A stretch of 64,000 bases of DNA from assembly GCA_963805625.1 (NCBI GenBank), contig CAWDVE010000017.1:256001-320000 (forward strand). The letters run 5' to 3'. This DNA comes from an uncultured Candidatus Rokubacteria bacterium. Its GTDB lineage: Bacteria; Methylomirabilota; Methylomirabilia; Rokubacteriales; DASRDR01. Under the pieces are notes generated by a model. That model did no database searches, was not told the DNA's origin, and was given only the letters and a program-made list of their open reading frames with translations. Below, piece after piece: positions 47,211 through 59,489 of this stretch (within the stretch, counting starts at the first letter, position 1; each line of letters starts with the position of its first letter). The position numbers and the translations under genes were made by a program.

Positions 47211-49534
47211 GCACGACAGGGCCGGCGCCGGGCGGAGGGCCGATGGCCCCGCAGGTCCCGCCGATCCCGGCGCCGGCTGTTCGGCCGCCCGACGACCGGG
47301 AGAAGCGGAAGCGCAACCTCGTCATCATCGTCGCCGTGCTCTTCGTGCTCGTGGTGGCCACGGCGGTGGAGGTCGGGGTCCGGCTCCCGGACATCCCGGT
47401 CGCGTCTAACGTCGTCGTCATCGCGCTGTTCAACCTGAACCTGATCGTCTTCCTGCTGCTCCTGATCCTTCTGTTCCGCAACCTCGCCAAGCTCTGGTTC
47501 GAGCGCCGCAACAAGGTCCTGGGCTCTCGATTCAAGACCAAGCTGGTCGCCGCCTTTCTGTCGCTGGCACTGGCCCCCGCTATCCTGATCTTCCTGATCG
47601 CGTCCAACCTCATCAACACGTCGATCGAGGGGTGGTTCAAGATCCAGGTCGAGCGCCCGCTCGACGAGTCGATGCGGGTGGCCCAGACGTTCTACGAGCG
47701 CGTCCAGGACGAGGCGGTCCGGCACGGGCAGTACGTCGCGCGGACGCTGACCCGCGACGGGCTCCTCCCCGACGACCGGCGCGAGGATCTGATCGAGTTC
47801 CTCCAGGAGCAGGCCGAGCAGTACGGGCTGGCCGGTATCGCGCTCTACGGCCCGGGCGGCCACGAGATCGTCCACGTGAACGATCCGGTGCTGGTGCCCT
47901 CCCTGGAGACGGTCGTCAACTCGGAGCAGGTCCGCATGGCTCTCGCCGGACGAGAACTCTCCACGCGGCGCGAGATCTCGACCGGCGACCTCATCCAGGG
48001 AATGGTGCCCGTGCTGGCGCCCGGCGACCCGCCGCAAGTGGTCGGCGCGGCCGTGGTGGCGATCCACGTGCCCCAGCGGCTCGAAGCGCAGGTGCGGGGG
48101 ATCGCCCAGGCGTTCCAGGAGTACAAGCAGCTCAAACTCCTCCGGCAGCCGATCAAGGGCATCTACATCCTGCTGTTCCTCCTGATGACCCTCGTCATCG
48201 TGTTCTCCGTCACCTGGTTCGGGCTCTACCTCGCCCGCGGCATCACGGTGCCGATCCAGCTGCTCGCCCAGGGGACGCGCGAGGTCGCGGCCGGCAACCT
48301 CGACTACCGCGTCACCGCCCAGGCGGACGACGAGGTCGGCATCCTGGTGGAGTCCTTCAACCAGATGACGCAGGACCTCAAGTCCTCGAAGGCCCAGCTC
48401 GAGCTGGCCTATGCCGACCTCCAGGCCAAGCACGCCGAGCTCACCGAGCGGCGCCAGTACACGGAGACGGTGCTCGAGGCCGTGGCGACGGGCGTGGTCT
48501 CGGCGGACGCGGAGGGGATCGTGACGACCGTGAACCGCGCCGCCAGCCGAATGCTCGGTCTGGCGCCGACCGCCGCGGTCGGCCGGCACTACACGGTCGC
48601 CTTCGGCGCCCCGGCGTACCTGGATCTCGTGACCCTCATGCAGCGGATGGAGCGCATCCGGGCCGGCACCGTCGAACGTGAGGTCCAGCTCCCGCTCGAC
48701 GGGAAGAGCCTTACACTGCTCGCGAGCCTCACCGCGCTCGGAGGTCCGGAGGGCGAGCACCTCGGCATCGTGCTGGTCTTTGACGACCTGACGGAGCTGC
48801 TCGACGCCCAACGGCTCGCCGCCTGGCGGGAGGTTGCCCAGCGGATCGCGCACGAGATCAAGAACCCGCTCACGCCGATCCAGCTGTCCGCGCAGCGGCT
48901 GCGACGGCGGCTGGCGGGCCGGCTCCCCGACGACGGGGGCCTGCTCGAGGAGTGCACCGCGACGATCATCGGGGAGGTGGAGGGGCTGCGGCGCCTGGTC
49001 GACGAGTTCTCGCGATTCGCGCGCATGCCGAGCTTCACGCCGAGATCGACGGACCTCCACCGGTTGCTCGAGAGCGTGCTGGGGCTCTACGGCGAGACGC
49101 ATCCAACGGTCCTCCTCCGCGCCGATTTCGCCGCGGAGCTTCCGACCCTCGACGCCGACGTCGACCAGCTCAAGCGGGCCATCCTAAACCTCGTCGACAA
49201 CGCCGTCGAGGCGGGCGCGATGGAGGTCGCGATCGGGACGCGCTGGAGCGGGGAGGGGCACGTCGAGGTCACGATCGCCGACAACGGCCCCGGGATTCCC
49301 GCTGATCTGCGCGATCGCGTGTTCCTGCCGTACTTCTCGACGAAGACGACGGGGATGGGGCTCGGCCTGCCCATCGTGCACCAGATCGTGTCCGACCACG
49401 GCGGGCGCATCCGGGTCGAGGACAACCCGCCGCGGGGGACCCGCTTCACGATCGAGCTGCCCGTGCTGCGCGGGAGCGCCCCGGCGATCGCGGCGTCCAC
49501 CATGGACGTGGCACGGCAGTCAGGCTCGGCCTAG
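47207..49534 (+). CDS. ntrY: NtrY-like sensor histidine kinase (HAMP-PAS-HisKA-HATPase)
   Basis: AAWREVAQRIAHEIKNPLTPIQLSA, NLVDNA, DNGPG and GMGLGL. Confidence 0.9.
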   Translation: MSTTGPAPGGGPMAPQVPPIPAPAVRPPDDREKRKRNLVIIVAVLFVLVVATAVEVGVRLPDIPVASNVVVIALFNLNLIVFLLLLILLFRNLAKLWFERRNKVLGSRFKTKLVAAFLSLALAPAILIFLIASNLINTSIEGWFKIQVERPLDESMRVAQTFYERVQDEAVRHGQYVARTLTRDGLLPDDRREDLIEFLQEQAEQYGLAGIALYGPGGHEIVHVNDPVLVPSLETVVNSEQVRMALAGRELSTRREISTGDLIQGMVPVLAPGDPPQVVGAAVVAIHVPQRLEAQVRGIAQAFQEYKQLKLLRQPIKGIYILLFLLMTLVIVFSVTWFGLYLARGITVPIQLLAQGTREVAAGNLDYRVTAQADDEVGILVESFNQMTQDLKSSKAQLELAYADLQAKHAELTERRQYTETVLEAVATGVVSADAEGIVTTVNRAASRMLGLAPTAAVGRHYTVAFGAPAYLDLVTLMQRMERIRAGTVEREVQLPLDGKSLTLLASLTALGGPEGEHLGIVLVFDDLTELLDAQRLAAWREVAQRIAHEIKNPLTPIQLSAQRLRRRLAGRLPDDGGLLEECTATIIGEVEGLRRLVDEFSRFARMPSFTPRSTDLHRLLESVLGLYGETHPTVLLRADFAAELPTLDADVDQLKRAILNLVDNAVEAGAMEVAIGTRWSGEGHVEVTIADNGPGIPADLRDRVFLPYFSTKTTGMGLGLPIVHQIVSDHGGRIRVEDNPPRGTRFTIELPVLRGSAPAIAASTMDVARQSGSA

Positions 49535-49549
49535 GGGTCGGGGCGCGCC

Positions 49550-50933
<1,384 letters not shown>

Positions 50934-50941
<8 letters not shown>

Positions 50942-52565
50942 GACCCGCTGGCCCGCCGCCCTGGGGCGCCGCGGGATCGTCGCCTCCCCCCATCCGCTCG
51001 CCACCGTCGCCGGGCTCGAGGTGCTCCTCCACGGCGGCACCGCGGTCGACGCCGCCGTGGCCGTCGGCGCGACGATCGCTGTCGTGTATCCCCACATGAC
51101 GGGTCTCGGCGGCGACAGCTTCTGGCTCTGCTGGGACGCGCGGGCGGCCCGGCTCACGGCGCTCCAGGCCGCGGGCGCCGCCGCGGCGAGGGCGACCCCC
51201 GATCTCTACCGCCGGCACGGGCTCGCCCAGATCCCGACCCGGGGGCCCCTGGCCGCGCTCACGGTGCCCGGGGCCACCGACGGTCTCTGGACCGCTCACC
51301 GCTACAGCCAGGAGCGCCTCGGCTCGACGATGCCCTGGGGGGATCTCCTCCAGGCCGCGATCCGCCACGCGGCCGACGGCATCCTCGTCTCGCCGTGCCA
51401 GTCGCGCGTCACGGCGGGGGCAACCGACTTGCTCACGGCGCGGGAGCCTGCGTTCGCGCCCTTCCGCACGATCTATCTCGACGGCGACGCGGCGCCGGCC
51501 GCGGGGCGGCCGCTCGCCCAGCCCGCTCTCGCGCGTACGCTCGAGCGCCTCGCCCGCGAAGGCGGCCGCGCGTTCTACGAGGGGGACCTCGCGGCCGAGA
51601 TCGGGCGCGCGTGCGAGGCGGCCGGGAGCCCGCTGCGCGCGGGGGACCTCGCCGCCCACCGCTCGCGCTTCGCCGAGCCGGCGACCGTGCCGTACCGCGG
51701 AGGCCTGGCCGCCACGGTCCCGCCGCCCTGCCAAGGGCTGGTCGCACTCGCGGTCCTGGGGATGCTCGACGGGACCGACCTCCGCGCCTGCGCCCGGGAT
51801 CCGGCCGACTACGTCCACGTCGCCGTCGAGGCCACGAAGCTCGCCTTCGCCGATCGCGACCGCTGGCTCGCCGATCCGGAGCACGTCGCCGTGCCGCTCG
51901 GGCGTCTCCTCGCCCCGGCCTATCTCCGGGACCGCGGCCGGCGCATCGCGATGGACCGCGCCGCGCCCGCGACGCTGCCCTCCGGAATCGAGCGCGGGGA
52001 CACGATCGCTTGCGTTACGGCCGATGCGGCGGGGAACTGCGTGTCGCTGATCCAGAGCATCTACCACGAGTGGGGCTCGGGCGTGGTGGCGGGCAAGACG
52101 GGCGTGGTGCTCCAGAATCGTGGCGCGGGCTTCACGCTCGACGCCGCCCACGCGAACGTGCTCGCGCCGGGCAAGCGCCCCTTCCACACGCTCACGCCCT
52201 TCATGTACCTCCGCGACGGGAAGCCGCTCCTGGTTGCGGGAACGATGGGGGGAGAGGGCCAGCCCCAGACGCTCGTGGCGGTCACGACGCGGGTCGTCGA
52301 CCTCGGCCTCGACGTCCAGTCGGCCGTGGAGGCGCCGCGCTGGGTCTACGGCCGGACGTGGGGCGCGCCCACGCGAGCCTTGTCGATCGAGGGGCGGTTC
52401 GGCGACGCGGTGGCCGCGGACCTCGCCCGCCGCGGGCACGTCGTGCGGATGCTCGACTCCTGGAGCGACACGGCCGGGCACGCGCAGGCGCTCCAGTTCG
52501 AGCCGGGTGGGCTTCTCGTCGGGGGTGGCGACCCCCGCGCCGACGGGCCGGCTCTCGGCTGGTGA
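50934..52565 (+). CDS. ggt: Gamma-glutamyltransferase family protein (YwrD-like)
   Basis: GGTAVDAAVA, YPHMTGLGGD, GDT nucleophile, LQNRG, PGKRPFHTL and GTMGGEGQPQ. Confidence 0.9.
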
Positions 52566-52714
52566 GCGTGGAGCCCGACGCACAGCGCATTCCCTTCGGT
52601 CCCGGTGACGTGCTCTTCGCCGCCGCCCAGGTCGAGCACCGTTTTGAGGGCTTCTCCGGCGACTTCGCACCCTGGGTCGTTTTCTACGGCCCGCCGGGCG
52701 GCGAGCGCACATAA
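52562..52714 (+). pseudogene. Cupin C-terminal remnant
   Basis: FGPGDVLFAAAQVEHRFEGFSGDFAPWVVFYGPPGGE; only 50 aa. Confidence 0.6.
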
Positions 52715-52747
52715 GACCCCGTCACGACCCGGGTGACCAGCCCCCCT

Positions 52748-54430
52748 TCACGTGGGTTCGCGCGCGTCGCGCTCTGGGCGGTCACCCGCCGCTGCCACCA
52801 CCGTTGCCAGCCGCGCCACATCCCGGAGCGTGCTCGCGGTCTCGGGCCGGCGATCCGGGCGGACTCGCACGATGCGCGGGAAGCGGAGCGCGTAGCCGGA
52901 CGTGTGTCGCGAGGACTGCTGGAGGTGGTTGAAGGTCACCTCGAGAACGATCTCGGGCCGCACGGTGCGGTAGTGCCCATGGTCCTCGACGGTGAGGGCG
53001 AGGAGTCGCTCGGTCATCGCACGGATCTCGACGTCCGTGAGGCCGTTGTAGGCCTTCCCGATCGTCACCAGGCGCCCCGTGCCCTCGTCGCGCACGGCGA
53101 AGGTGAGATCCGAGAGGACGGCCCGGCGCTTCCCGTGTCCCCACTCGGCGCCCACCACGACGACGTCGAGGGTGTCGAGCGGACGCTTGACCTTGAGCCA
53201 CTGGGCGCCGCGGCGGCCCGACGCGTAGGGCGCCTCCGGCTGCTTGGCCATCAGCCCTTCGTTGCCCCGGGCCTGGGCCGCGACGAAGAGGGCGTCGAGC
53301 TCCTCCGCGCTCGCCGCGGTCCAGACGGGCGCGAGGGTCTGCCCCGGCGGAAGGGCGAGCGTCTCGAGCATGGCGCGCCGGGTCCGCAGCGGCTCCTCGA
53401 GGAGCCCCTGGTCCTCGTGGACCAGGCAGTCGAACGCGACGAAAGCGACGGGGTGCGCGGCCACGACGTCCGGGGCGGGCTCGAGCCGGCCCAGACGCTG
53501 CTGGAGGCGGAGGAAGGGGAGAGCCCGGCCTCCCTCCATCGCGAGAACCTCGCCGTCGAGGACATACCTCCCGGGAGCGGCCGCGAAGGCGGCCACGACT
53601 TCGGGGAACTGCGGGGTGAGCTCGCGCCGATCCCGCGAGAAGAGCCGGACGTCCTCGGACGCCTTGTGGAGCTGGCACCGGACGCCGTCGTACTTGTCCT
53701 CGACCCAGAGCGGCGTGCCCAGGCGCCGGACCGCGTCCGCCGCGTCCGCGGCCGGCTGGGCGAGCATGGGGTCGACGGGCGTGAAGTACGTGAACCGGGC
53801 GGGCTCGAGGCGTCCCCAGCGAGCCTCGAGCGCCACCGCGCCGAGGTCGGCGCGGTGGCGGTTCGCGGCGCGCACCGCCTCGATCGCCTGGCCGGTCGTG
53901 TGGGCGACGGCGTCCTCCAGCGTCTGCTCCTGCACGCCGATCCGTGCGTCGCCGAGCATCGCTTTGACGAACGCGCGGATCGCGCGCCCGTCCATCCGGC
54001 GAAAGGCTTCCCCGAGCAGCGCGGTCTTGGCCCGGGGGCCTCGTGCGGTGTGGAGCGCCTCGAAGCGCGCCGCCACGTCCGTCAGCGGGACGGGGGCCGG
54101 GTCAGCCGGCACGGCGCCGGTCCAGAGCTCGGCGGCGACGTCGCCCGCGTCGGCGTGGCGGCGCCAGGCGGCCGTGACCGTCTCGTCGGTCAGCTCCGGC
54201 CGGGCCGCTCTGAGCGCGGCGTCGAGGGTCGCGCCCCCCACCGAGAGGGTGCGGCCGTCTCCGCGGGGAAAGGGTCGCCCGCCGAGGTAGGTCACTGCGA
54301 GCGGCAGGGCCGCGTCCGGAAGCGCCTGGAGATAGCCGACCAGTAGCCGGCGCTTCTCGAGCCGCGAGCGCGTCGCGCGCAGCGCCTCGAGCACTTGGGC
54401 GAGCGCGTCGAGGGAATCGGGGGTGGACAT
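52748..54430 (-). CDS. ATP-dependent DNA ligase (LigB type)
   Basis: PMLAQ, EDKYDG, LDGE, AFD, EGLMAK and LRFPR. Confidence 0.93.
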   Translation of the reverse strand: MSTPDSLDALAQVLEALRATRSRLEKRRLLVGYLQALPDAALPLAVTYLGGRPFPRGDGRTLSVGGATLDAALRAARPELTDETVTAAWRRHADAGDVAAELWTGAVPADPAPVPLTDVAARFEALHTARGPRAKTALLGEAFRRMDGRAIRAFVKAMLGDARIGVQEQTLEDAVAHTTGQAIEAVRAANRHRADLGAVALEARWGRLEPARFTYFTPVDPMLAQPAADAADAVRRLGTPLWVEDKYDGVRCQLHKASEDVRLFSRDRRELTPQFPEVVAAFAAAPGRYVLDGEVLAMEGGRALPFLRLQQRLGRLEPAPDVVAAHPVAFVAFDCLVHEDQGLLEEPLRTRRAMLETLALPPGQTLAPVWTAASAEELDALFVAAQARGNEGLMAKQPEAPYASGRRGAQWLKVKRPLDTLDVVVVGAEWGHGKRRAVLSDLTFAVRDEGTGRLVTIGKAYNGLTDVEIRAMTERLLALTVEDHGHYRTVRPEIVLEVTFNHLQQSSRHTSGYALRFPRIVRVRPDRRPETASTLRDVARLATVVAAAGDRPERDAREPT

Positions 54431-54880
54431 CAGCGCCACCAGCCAGTTACCCGGAGGCTACACCAGGGACTGCCGTGCGGGCCACCCGCGACGTTCGCGC
54501 CAGCAAGATGTATCGGACAGCTCGGTACCGATCATCACCTCGCGCCCGTACGCCTCGAGAAGCGCTGCACCAGGGACGGGGCCTCGAACGCTCCGATCGC
54601 CAAGTGCGCGAGGCCACGGATCCCACCACATGCGGTGATCGACCACCGTCGGTCATGGCGAATGGGGCGGGATCTCGGGGAGTGCTGGTGGCCGCACGAG
54701 TAAACTCGACCGATATAACGAGCAGTTCGAGACGGTGCGGCGCAGGTCGCATCGTGGTATGGTGAACTATGTTTGCGGTCCCGCGCGCGTGACGAATGCG
54801 ACGAAGGTGTGGGTGCTCGTCGTTTGCGGCTCGCGGCCGCGTGGAGATCAGCTCATGAGTCGGAAAGGAAGGGTCGAAAG

Positions 54881-55327
54881 ATGATGAGCCGTCGGTTGAT
54901 CGCGGCTGTCGTCCTTGGAGGTCTCGTGGTTCTGCTCGCTGGGTCCGTCCCGGCCCAGGATGCCAAGAAGCCCGATGCCACCGTGAAGCTCTCGGAGGGG
55001 ACAGTAGCCGCGGGTATCGGGTGGAGCTGGGGCAAGGGCACTCTCACGTACAAGGGTAAGGCTCATCGCTTCAAGGTCGAGGGCCTCAGCGTGGGCGACG
55101 TGGGTATCACCAAGGCGGAAGCGACGGGCAACGTGTTCAACTTGAAGAAGGTCGAGGACTTCAGCGGCATCTATCGCGCCGCGGCCGTCGGAGGCACAGC
55201 GGTCAAGGGAGCCGGAGCCACGGCTCTGCAGAACGAGAAGGGTGTGGTGATCGAGTTGAAGAGCGCGACCAAGGGTGCTGAGCTCAAGATCGCGCTGGAA
55301 GGATTGAAGCTGGCCCTCGACAAGTAG
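54881..55327 (+). CDS. Secreted EipA/DUF1134-like protein
   Basis: Signal peptide; AAGIGWSWGKGTL, DFSGIY and LQNEKGVVI; hairpin ggcccgg-gaag-ccgggcc downstream. Confidence 0.7.
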   Translation: MMSRRLIAAVVLGGLVVLLAGSVPAQDAKKPDATVKLSEGTVAAGIGWSWGKGTLTYKGKAHRFKVEGLSVGDVGITKAEATGNVFNLKKVEDFSGIYRAAAVGGTAVKGAGATALQNEKGVVIELKSATKGAELKIALEGLKLALDK

Positions 55328-55471
55328 TCCGAGTACGGCCCGGGAAGCCGGGCCACCACTGTCCCCGCGATTCTTGGGGCTTCGTTGGGGGCGGGCTCGC
55401 GCTGCGCGCCGTACGCTGCGCCCGGCGCTCACCGATTTCGAGATTGACGTGCACGAGGACCGGGCGGGATC

Positions 55472-56002
55472 ATGCCGCCCGTGAGCTCGCCCCTGCCCGG
55501 CATCGCGATGGCCCGCAACGGCACCGAGTTCGGGATCCGCCTTGCGGGGTGCGGGACCCACTGGTTCACGGCACCCGTGGAGACGCCCCGCGGGCTCTTC
55601 TTCCCGGGATTCGGGCCCGACGACGCGAACCCCGATCTGGGCGATTCGGCCATCGTCGAGACGATCGGGCTCGGCGGGATGGCCATGGCCGCCTCGCCGG
55701 CGGCCGCGCGCTTCGTCGGCGCCGGCGGGCTCGATGCGGCGCTCGCCGTCACCGCCGACATGCACGGCATCACGCTCGGGGAGCACCCGCACTTCCGCAT
55801 CGCGACGGACGGAGACCGTGGCGCACCCGTTGGCATCGACGTGCGACGCGTCGTGGAGACCGGAATCACGCCGCTCATCAACACCGGCATCGCGCGCCGC
55901 CGGGCCGGCACCGGCCAGGTCGGCGCCGGGACGGTTCGGGCGCCGCTCGGCGGCTTCACCAGGGCTCTCGAGGCGCTCGCCCGGTCCCGCGGGGCGGCGT
56001 GA
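55472..56002 (+). pseudogene. DUF1116/YlbE C-terminal portion (N-terminus missing)
   Basis: MARNGTEFGIR, DANPDLGDSAIVETIGLGG, GIDVRRVVETG and GQVGAG; 176 aa only. Confidence 0.7.
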
Positions 56003-56946
56003 GCCTACCGCGCGATCCCCGATTGCTTGTCGTTGCGCTCGGGGGCCGGGCGCTCCAGGGCCCGGGCCGGCCCCCCGGGCACGCTGCATGGCTTCGGGCG
56101 CTCGAGCGGAGCCTCCCGCCCCTCGTCGACGTCGCGGCCGCCGGATTCCGACTCGTGCTGGTCCACGGGGGCGTGCCGCCCGGAGAGGGCGGCCGCCGCG
56201 CGGGGCCGGGCCGCTCTACGCCCCCGCCGCTCGCGCTGGATCTCCGCGCCGCGGAGACCCAGGGCGCGGCCGGCTACGGGATCCAGCAAGCATTCGGAAA
56301 CCTGTGCCGCGCCCGAGGGATCGCGATACCCATCGCCGTGGTCGTGACGCGCGTGGAGGTAGCCCCGGACGATCCTACCTTTCACCGGCCAACCCAGCCC
56401 GTCGGGCCGCCCTACTCGGCGGCCCAGGCGAGGCGGCTCGGGCGCGAGAGGGGCTGGACCTTTCTCGGGAGCGCCACCGCGCGCCGTCGCGCGGTGCCCT
56501 CGCCCCGGCCGCGGCGCGTGCTCGAGGCCGACGTGATCCGCCGGCTAGCGGACACCGGCGCGCTCACGATCGCCGCCGGCGGCGGCGGAGTGCCGGTGAT
56601 CGAGACGGCCGAAGGCTATCGGGGCGTCGAGGCGATCCTCCAGGTGGACGCGACAGCGGGACTTCTCGCGACGGCGCTCGCCGCGGACCGCCTGGTCTTC
56701 CTCACTGGCGTCGACCAGGTCGAGGTGGGCCACCGCACGGAGCGCGTGATCGGGATCGAGCGCCTCTCGCTCGCGGAGGCCCGCGCGCTCCTGACGGCGC
56801 GCGAGTTCCCTTCGGGCTCGATCGGCCCGAAGATGGAGGCGGCGGTCGCCTTCGTCGAGGCGGGCGGCCGCGAGGGGATCATCACGTCGCTGGCGGCTGT
56901 CCACGCGGCGCTCGACGGCCGCGCCGGCACCCGGGTCGTGCCCTGA
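55999..56946 (+). CDS. Carbamate kinase-like protein with altered motifs
   Basis: VALGGRAL, ETQGAAGY, VPSPRP, GGGGVPV, LTGVD and GSIGPK. Confidence 0.8.
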   Translation: MSLPRDPRLLVVALGGRALQGPGRPPGHAAWLRALERSLPPLVDVAAAGFRLVLVHGGVPPGEGGRRAGPGRSTPPPLALDLRAAETQGAAGYGIQQAFGNLCRARGIAIPIAVVVTRVEVAPDDPTFHRPTQPVGPPYSAAQARRLGRERGWTFLGSATARRRAVPSPRPRRVLEADVIRRLADTGALTIAAGGGGVPVIETAEGYRGVEAILQVDATAGLLATALAADRLVFLTGVDQVEVGHRTERVIGIERLSLAEARALLTAREFPSGSIGPKMEAAVAFVEAGGREGIITSLAAVHAALDGRAGTRVVP

Positions 56947-56997
56947 TGCCGCCCCGCCCCGAGATGACGGGCGCCGCGCGCCCGTAGTACGCTCGCG

Positions 56998-57537
56998 ATG
57001 ATGGCCAGCTGGTGGGTGACCCTCGTCGTCGGGCTCGCCGTCCTCCTGTTCGGCCGGCGGCTCTTCTGGCTCTTCGTCGGAGCGGCCGGCTTCGCGGTCG
57101 GGCTCCACTTGGCGCCGGCCGCGCTCCCCGACAGCCCCGAGTGGCTCGTCGTCGTGGCTGCGCTCGTCCTCGGGATCATCGGCGCGGTGCTGGCGATCGT
57201 GCTCCAGTGGCTGGCCGCCGCCCTGGGCGGGTTCGTCGTCGGGGTCCACGGCGGCCTCGCCGCGGCGGCCGCCCTCGGGCTCGACGGACCGTGGCTCTGG
57301 GCCGGGGTGTTCGCGGCGGGGGTCGTCGTCGCTGCCCTCGTCCTCTGGCTGTGGGATCCGGTCCTGATCCTCCTCTCGGCGCTAGTCGGCGCCGCACTGC
57401 TGACACCGCTCCTCCCGGTTCCTCCGGTCGCGCGCCCCTGGCTGTTCCTCGCCCTCGTCATCGTGGGCATCGCCGTTCAGGTGAGCGTCCTCGCCCCGCC
57501 GGCTGGCGCGGCGCCGTCGCGCGGGCGGCGCGCCTGA
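56998..57537 (+). CDS. DUF4203-like membrane protein
   Basis: LLFGRRLFWLFVGAAGF; about six TM helices. Confidence 0.7.
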   Translation: MMASWWVTLVVGLAVLLFGRRLFWLFVGAAGFAVGLHLAPAALPDSPEWLVVVAALVLGIIGAVLAIVLQWLAAALGGFVVGVHGGLAAAAALGLDGPWLWAGVFAAGVVVAALVLWLWDPVLILLSALVGAALLTPLLPVPPVARPWLFLALVIVGIAVQVSVLAPPAGAAPSRGRRA

Positions 57538-57557
57538 GCAAGGAGACCTGAAAAGCC

Positions 57558-58613
57558 ATGCGCGGAGTCGTGTTTCTCGGTGAGCGCCAGCTCGAGCTGA
57601 GGGAGTTTCCCGACCCCAGGCCGGGGCCGGGCGAGGTCGTGCTGGCCATGAAAGCGTCGGGGATGTGCGGGAGCGACCTCCATCCCTACCGGGCATCGCG
57701 GAGCGGCGGTGCGGCCAAGAGCCTCGGGCTCGGTGGCGCAGGCGGCCCCTGCATCGCCGGTCATGAGCCGTGCGGCGTGGTGGTCGAGCGGGGGCCGGGT
57801 GTGCTCGACGCCGACGCGCCGACGGGCGCCCGCGTCATGAACCACCACTACAAGGGGTGCGGGCACTGCAAGCACTGCCGTGCCGGCTGGGCGCAGCTCT
57901 GCCCTCGCGGGATCGTGGTCTACGGCATGACCGGCCACGGCGGCCACGCGCCGTTCATGACCGTCCCGGTCTCGACCCTCGTGCCGCTGCCGGAGGAGCT
58001 TTCCTTCGAGGAGGGCGCCGCCATCTCGTGCGGCACCGGCACCGCGTACCAGGCGCTCCGGCGCCTGGACGTTTCCGGCCGGGACACGCTCGCGGTCTTC
58101 GGCCAGGGGCCGGTCGGTCTCTCCGCCACCATGCTCGGGGTGGCGATGGGAGCGCGCGTCGTCGCGATCGACGTGGGCAGCGAGCGTCGCGAGCTCGGGC
58201 GGCAGTTCGGCGCCGATGCCGTCGTCGATCCCGGCGCGACGGACGTCGTGGCGGCCCTGAAGACCTTCACCGACGGCGAAGGCGTGGACGCGGCGCTCGA
58301 CTGCTCGGGGCAGCCGGACGCCCGCCTGGCGGCGGTGCGGGCCACGCGGACCTGGGGGCGAATCGGGTTCGTCGGCGAAGGCAACCGGGTCACCTTCGAC
58401 GTCAGCCCGGACCTCCTACGGCGCCAGCTGACGCTCCACGCATCGTGGACCTTCAGCACCTTGATCCAGGAGGAGTGCGCCCGGTTCATCGTGCGGCGCC
58501 AGGTGCCGCTCGCGCGTCTCCTCACACACCGCTTCCGGCTCGCCGAGGCGACCGATGCCTACCGGCTCTTCGACACGCAGACGACCGGCAAGGGCGTCTT
58601 CGTCTTCGACTGA
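57558..58613 (+). CDS. Zinc-dependent alcohol dehydrogenase family protein
   Basis: CGSDLH, GHEPCG, CGHCKHC and GQGPVG; SD AGGAG. Confidence 0.92.
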   Translation: MRGVVFLGERQLELREFPDPRPGPGEVVLAMKASGMCGSDLHPYRASRSGGAAKSLGLGGAGGPCIAGHEPCGVVVERGPGVLDADAPTGARVMNHHYKGCGHCKHCRAGWAQLCPRGIVVYGMTGHGGHAPFMTVPVSTLVPLPEELSFEEGAAISCGTGTAYQALRRLDVSGRDTLAVFGQGPVGLSATMLGVAMGARVVAIDVGSERRELGRQFGADAVVDPGATDVVAALKTFTDGEGVDAALDCSGQPDARLAAVRATRTWGRIGFVGEGNRVTFDVSPDLLRRQLTLHASWTFSTLIQEECARFIVRRQVPLARLLTHRFRLAEATDAYRLFDTQTTGKGVFVFD

Positions 58614-58618
58614 GCCAG

Positions 58619-58730
58619 ATGATCGGGCGCATCGTCCAGATCAACGTCTCGTCGGGCGGCGTGCCGAAGCGCCCCGTGCCCCGCGCCCGTGTCATGCGCT
58701 CGGGGATCGAGGGGGACGCCCACCGTCGGG
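58619..58730 (+). pseudogene. MOSC-domain protein N-terminal stump
   Basis: MIGRIVQINVSSGGVPKRPV...GIEGDAHR, after which similarity ends. Confidence 0.6.
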
Positions 58731-58745
58731 CTCGGAGGCTGAGGG

Positions 58746-59417
58746 GTGACGATCGTCGACCTGTCGATGCCGATCCGTCCGCACGTCCGCTGGAGGACGG
58801 AGGTGACGGTCCTCTCGGAGTTCGAGGATCCGTCCCATCCGTTCCGCTCGAGTCGCCTCGCGATGCCCGGGCACGGCTTCACCCATTGCGACGGCTTCAA
58901 CCACTTCATTCCCGACGGGACGACCGTCGACCGGATGCCGATCGAGACCTGGGTCGGCGACGCGGCGGTGGTGGATCTCACCCACGTCGGAGCGAACACG
59001 GCGGTCGACGCGGCCGATCTCGAGGCGCGAGGCGGGCACGTGCGCCGGGGAGACATCGCGCTCCTCCGGACCGACTGGCCGCTCCGGCGGTCGTGCGAGA
59101 CGCTCGCGTTCTGGACGGATGCGCCCTGGACGAGCCTCGCGGCCTGCCGGTGGCTCGTCGCGCGCGGGGTCAAGGCCGTGGGGTACGACTACCCGCCGGA
59201 CCAGCCGGTCCGTGAGCTCGTCACCGGCCTCCGGCGCCCGATCGCGCCGGAGGAGTGGGCGACCCACCACACGTTCTTCCCCGCGGGGATCGGCGTCATC
59301 GAGTACCTGGTGAACCTCGACCGTCTGGGCCGCGACCGGGTGTGGTTCGCCGCGCTCCCGCTCAAGCTCGATGGCGGAGACGGCGCGCCTGCTCGTGCCA
59401 TCGCGATCCTGGACTGA
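58746..59417 (+). CDS. Cyclase / kynurenine formamidase family metal-dependent hydrolase
   Basis: IVDLSMPI, HGFTHCDGFNHF, IEYLVNL and PLKLDGGDGAPARAIA. Confidence 0.88.
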   Translation: MTIVDLSMPIRPHVRWRTEVTVLSEFEDPSHPFRSSRLAMPGHGFTHCDGFNHFIPDGTTVDRMPIETWVGDAAVVDLTHVGANTAVDAADLEARGGHVRRGDIALLRTDWPLRRSCETLAFWTDAPWTSLAACRWLVARGVKAVGYDYPPDQPVRELVTGLRRPIAPEEWATHHTFFPAGIGVIEYLVNLDRLGRDRVWFAALPLKLDGGDGAPARAIAILD

Positions 59418-59489
59418 CTGCGCTCGCGGGCGGCCGCCGGGCTGGCCACCGCGCCGGTCACGCTGTGGGCCGGTCATGAAGTCGGGTCG

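Noticed and set aside
52748-54430. NHEJ LigD system
   Set aside because: No polymerase or phosphoesterase domain and no Ku nearby. The architecture is a plain ATP-dependent ligase.
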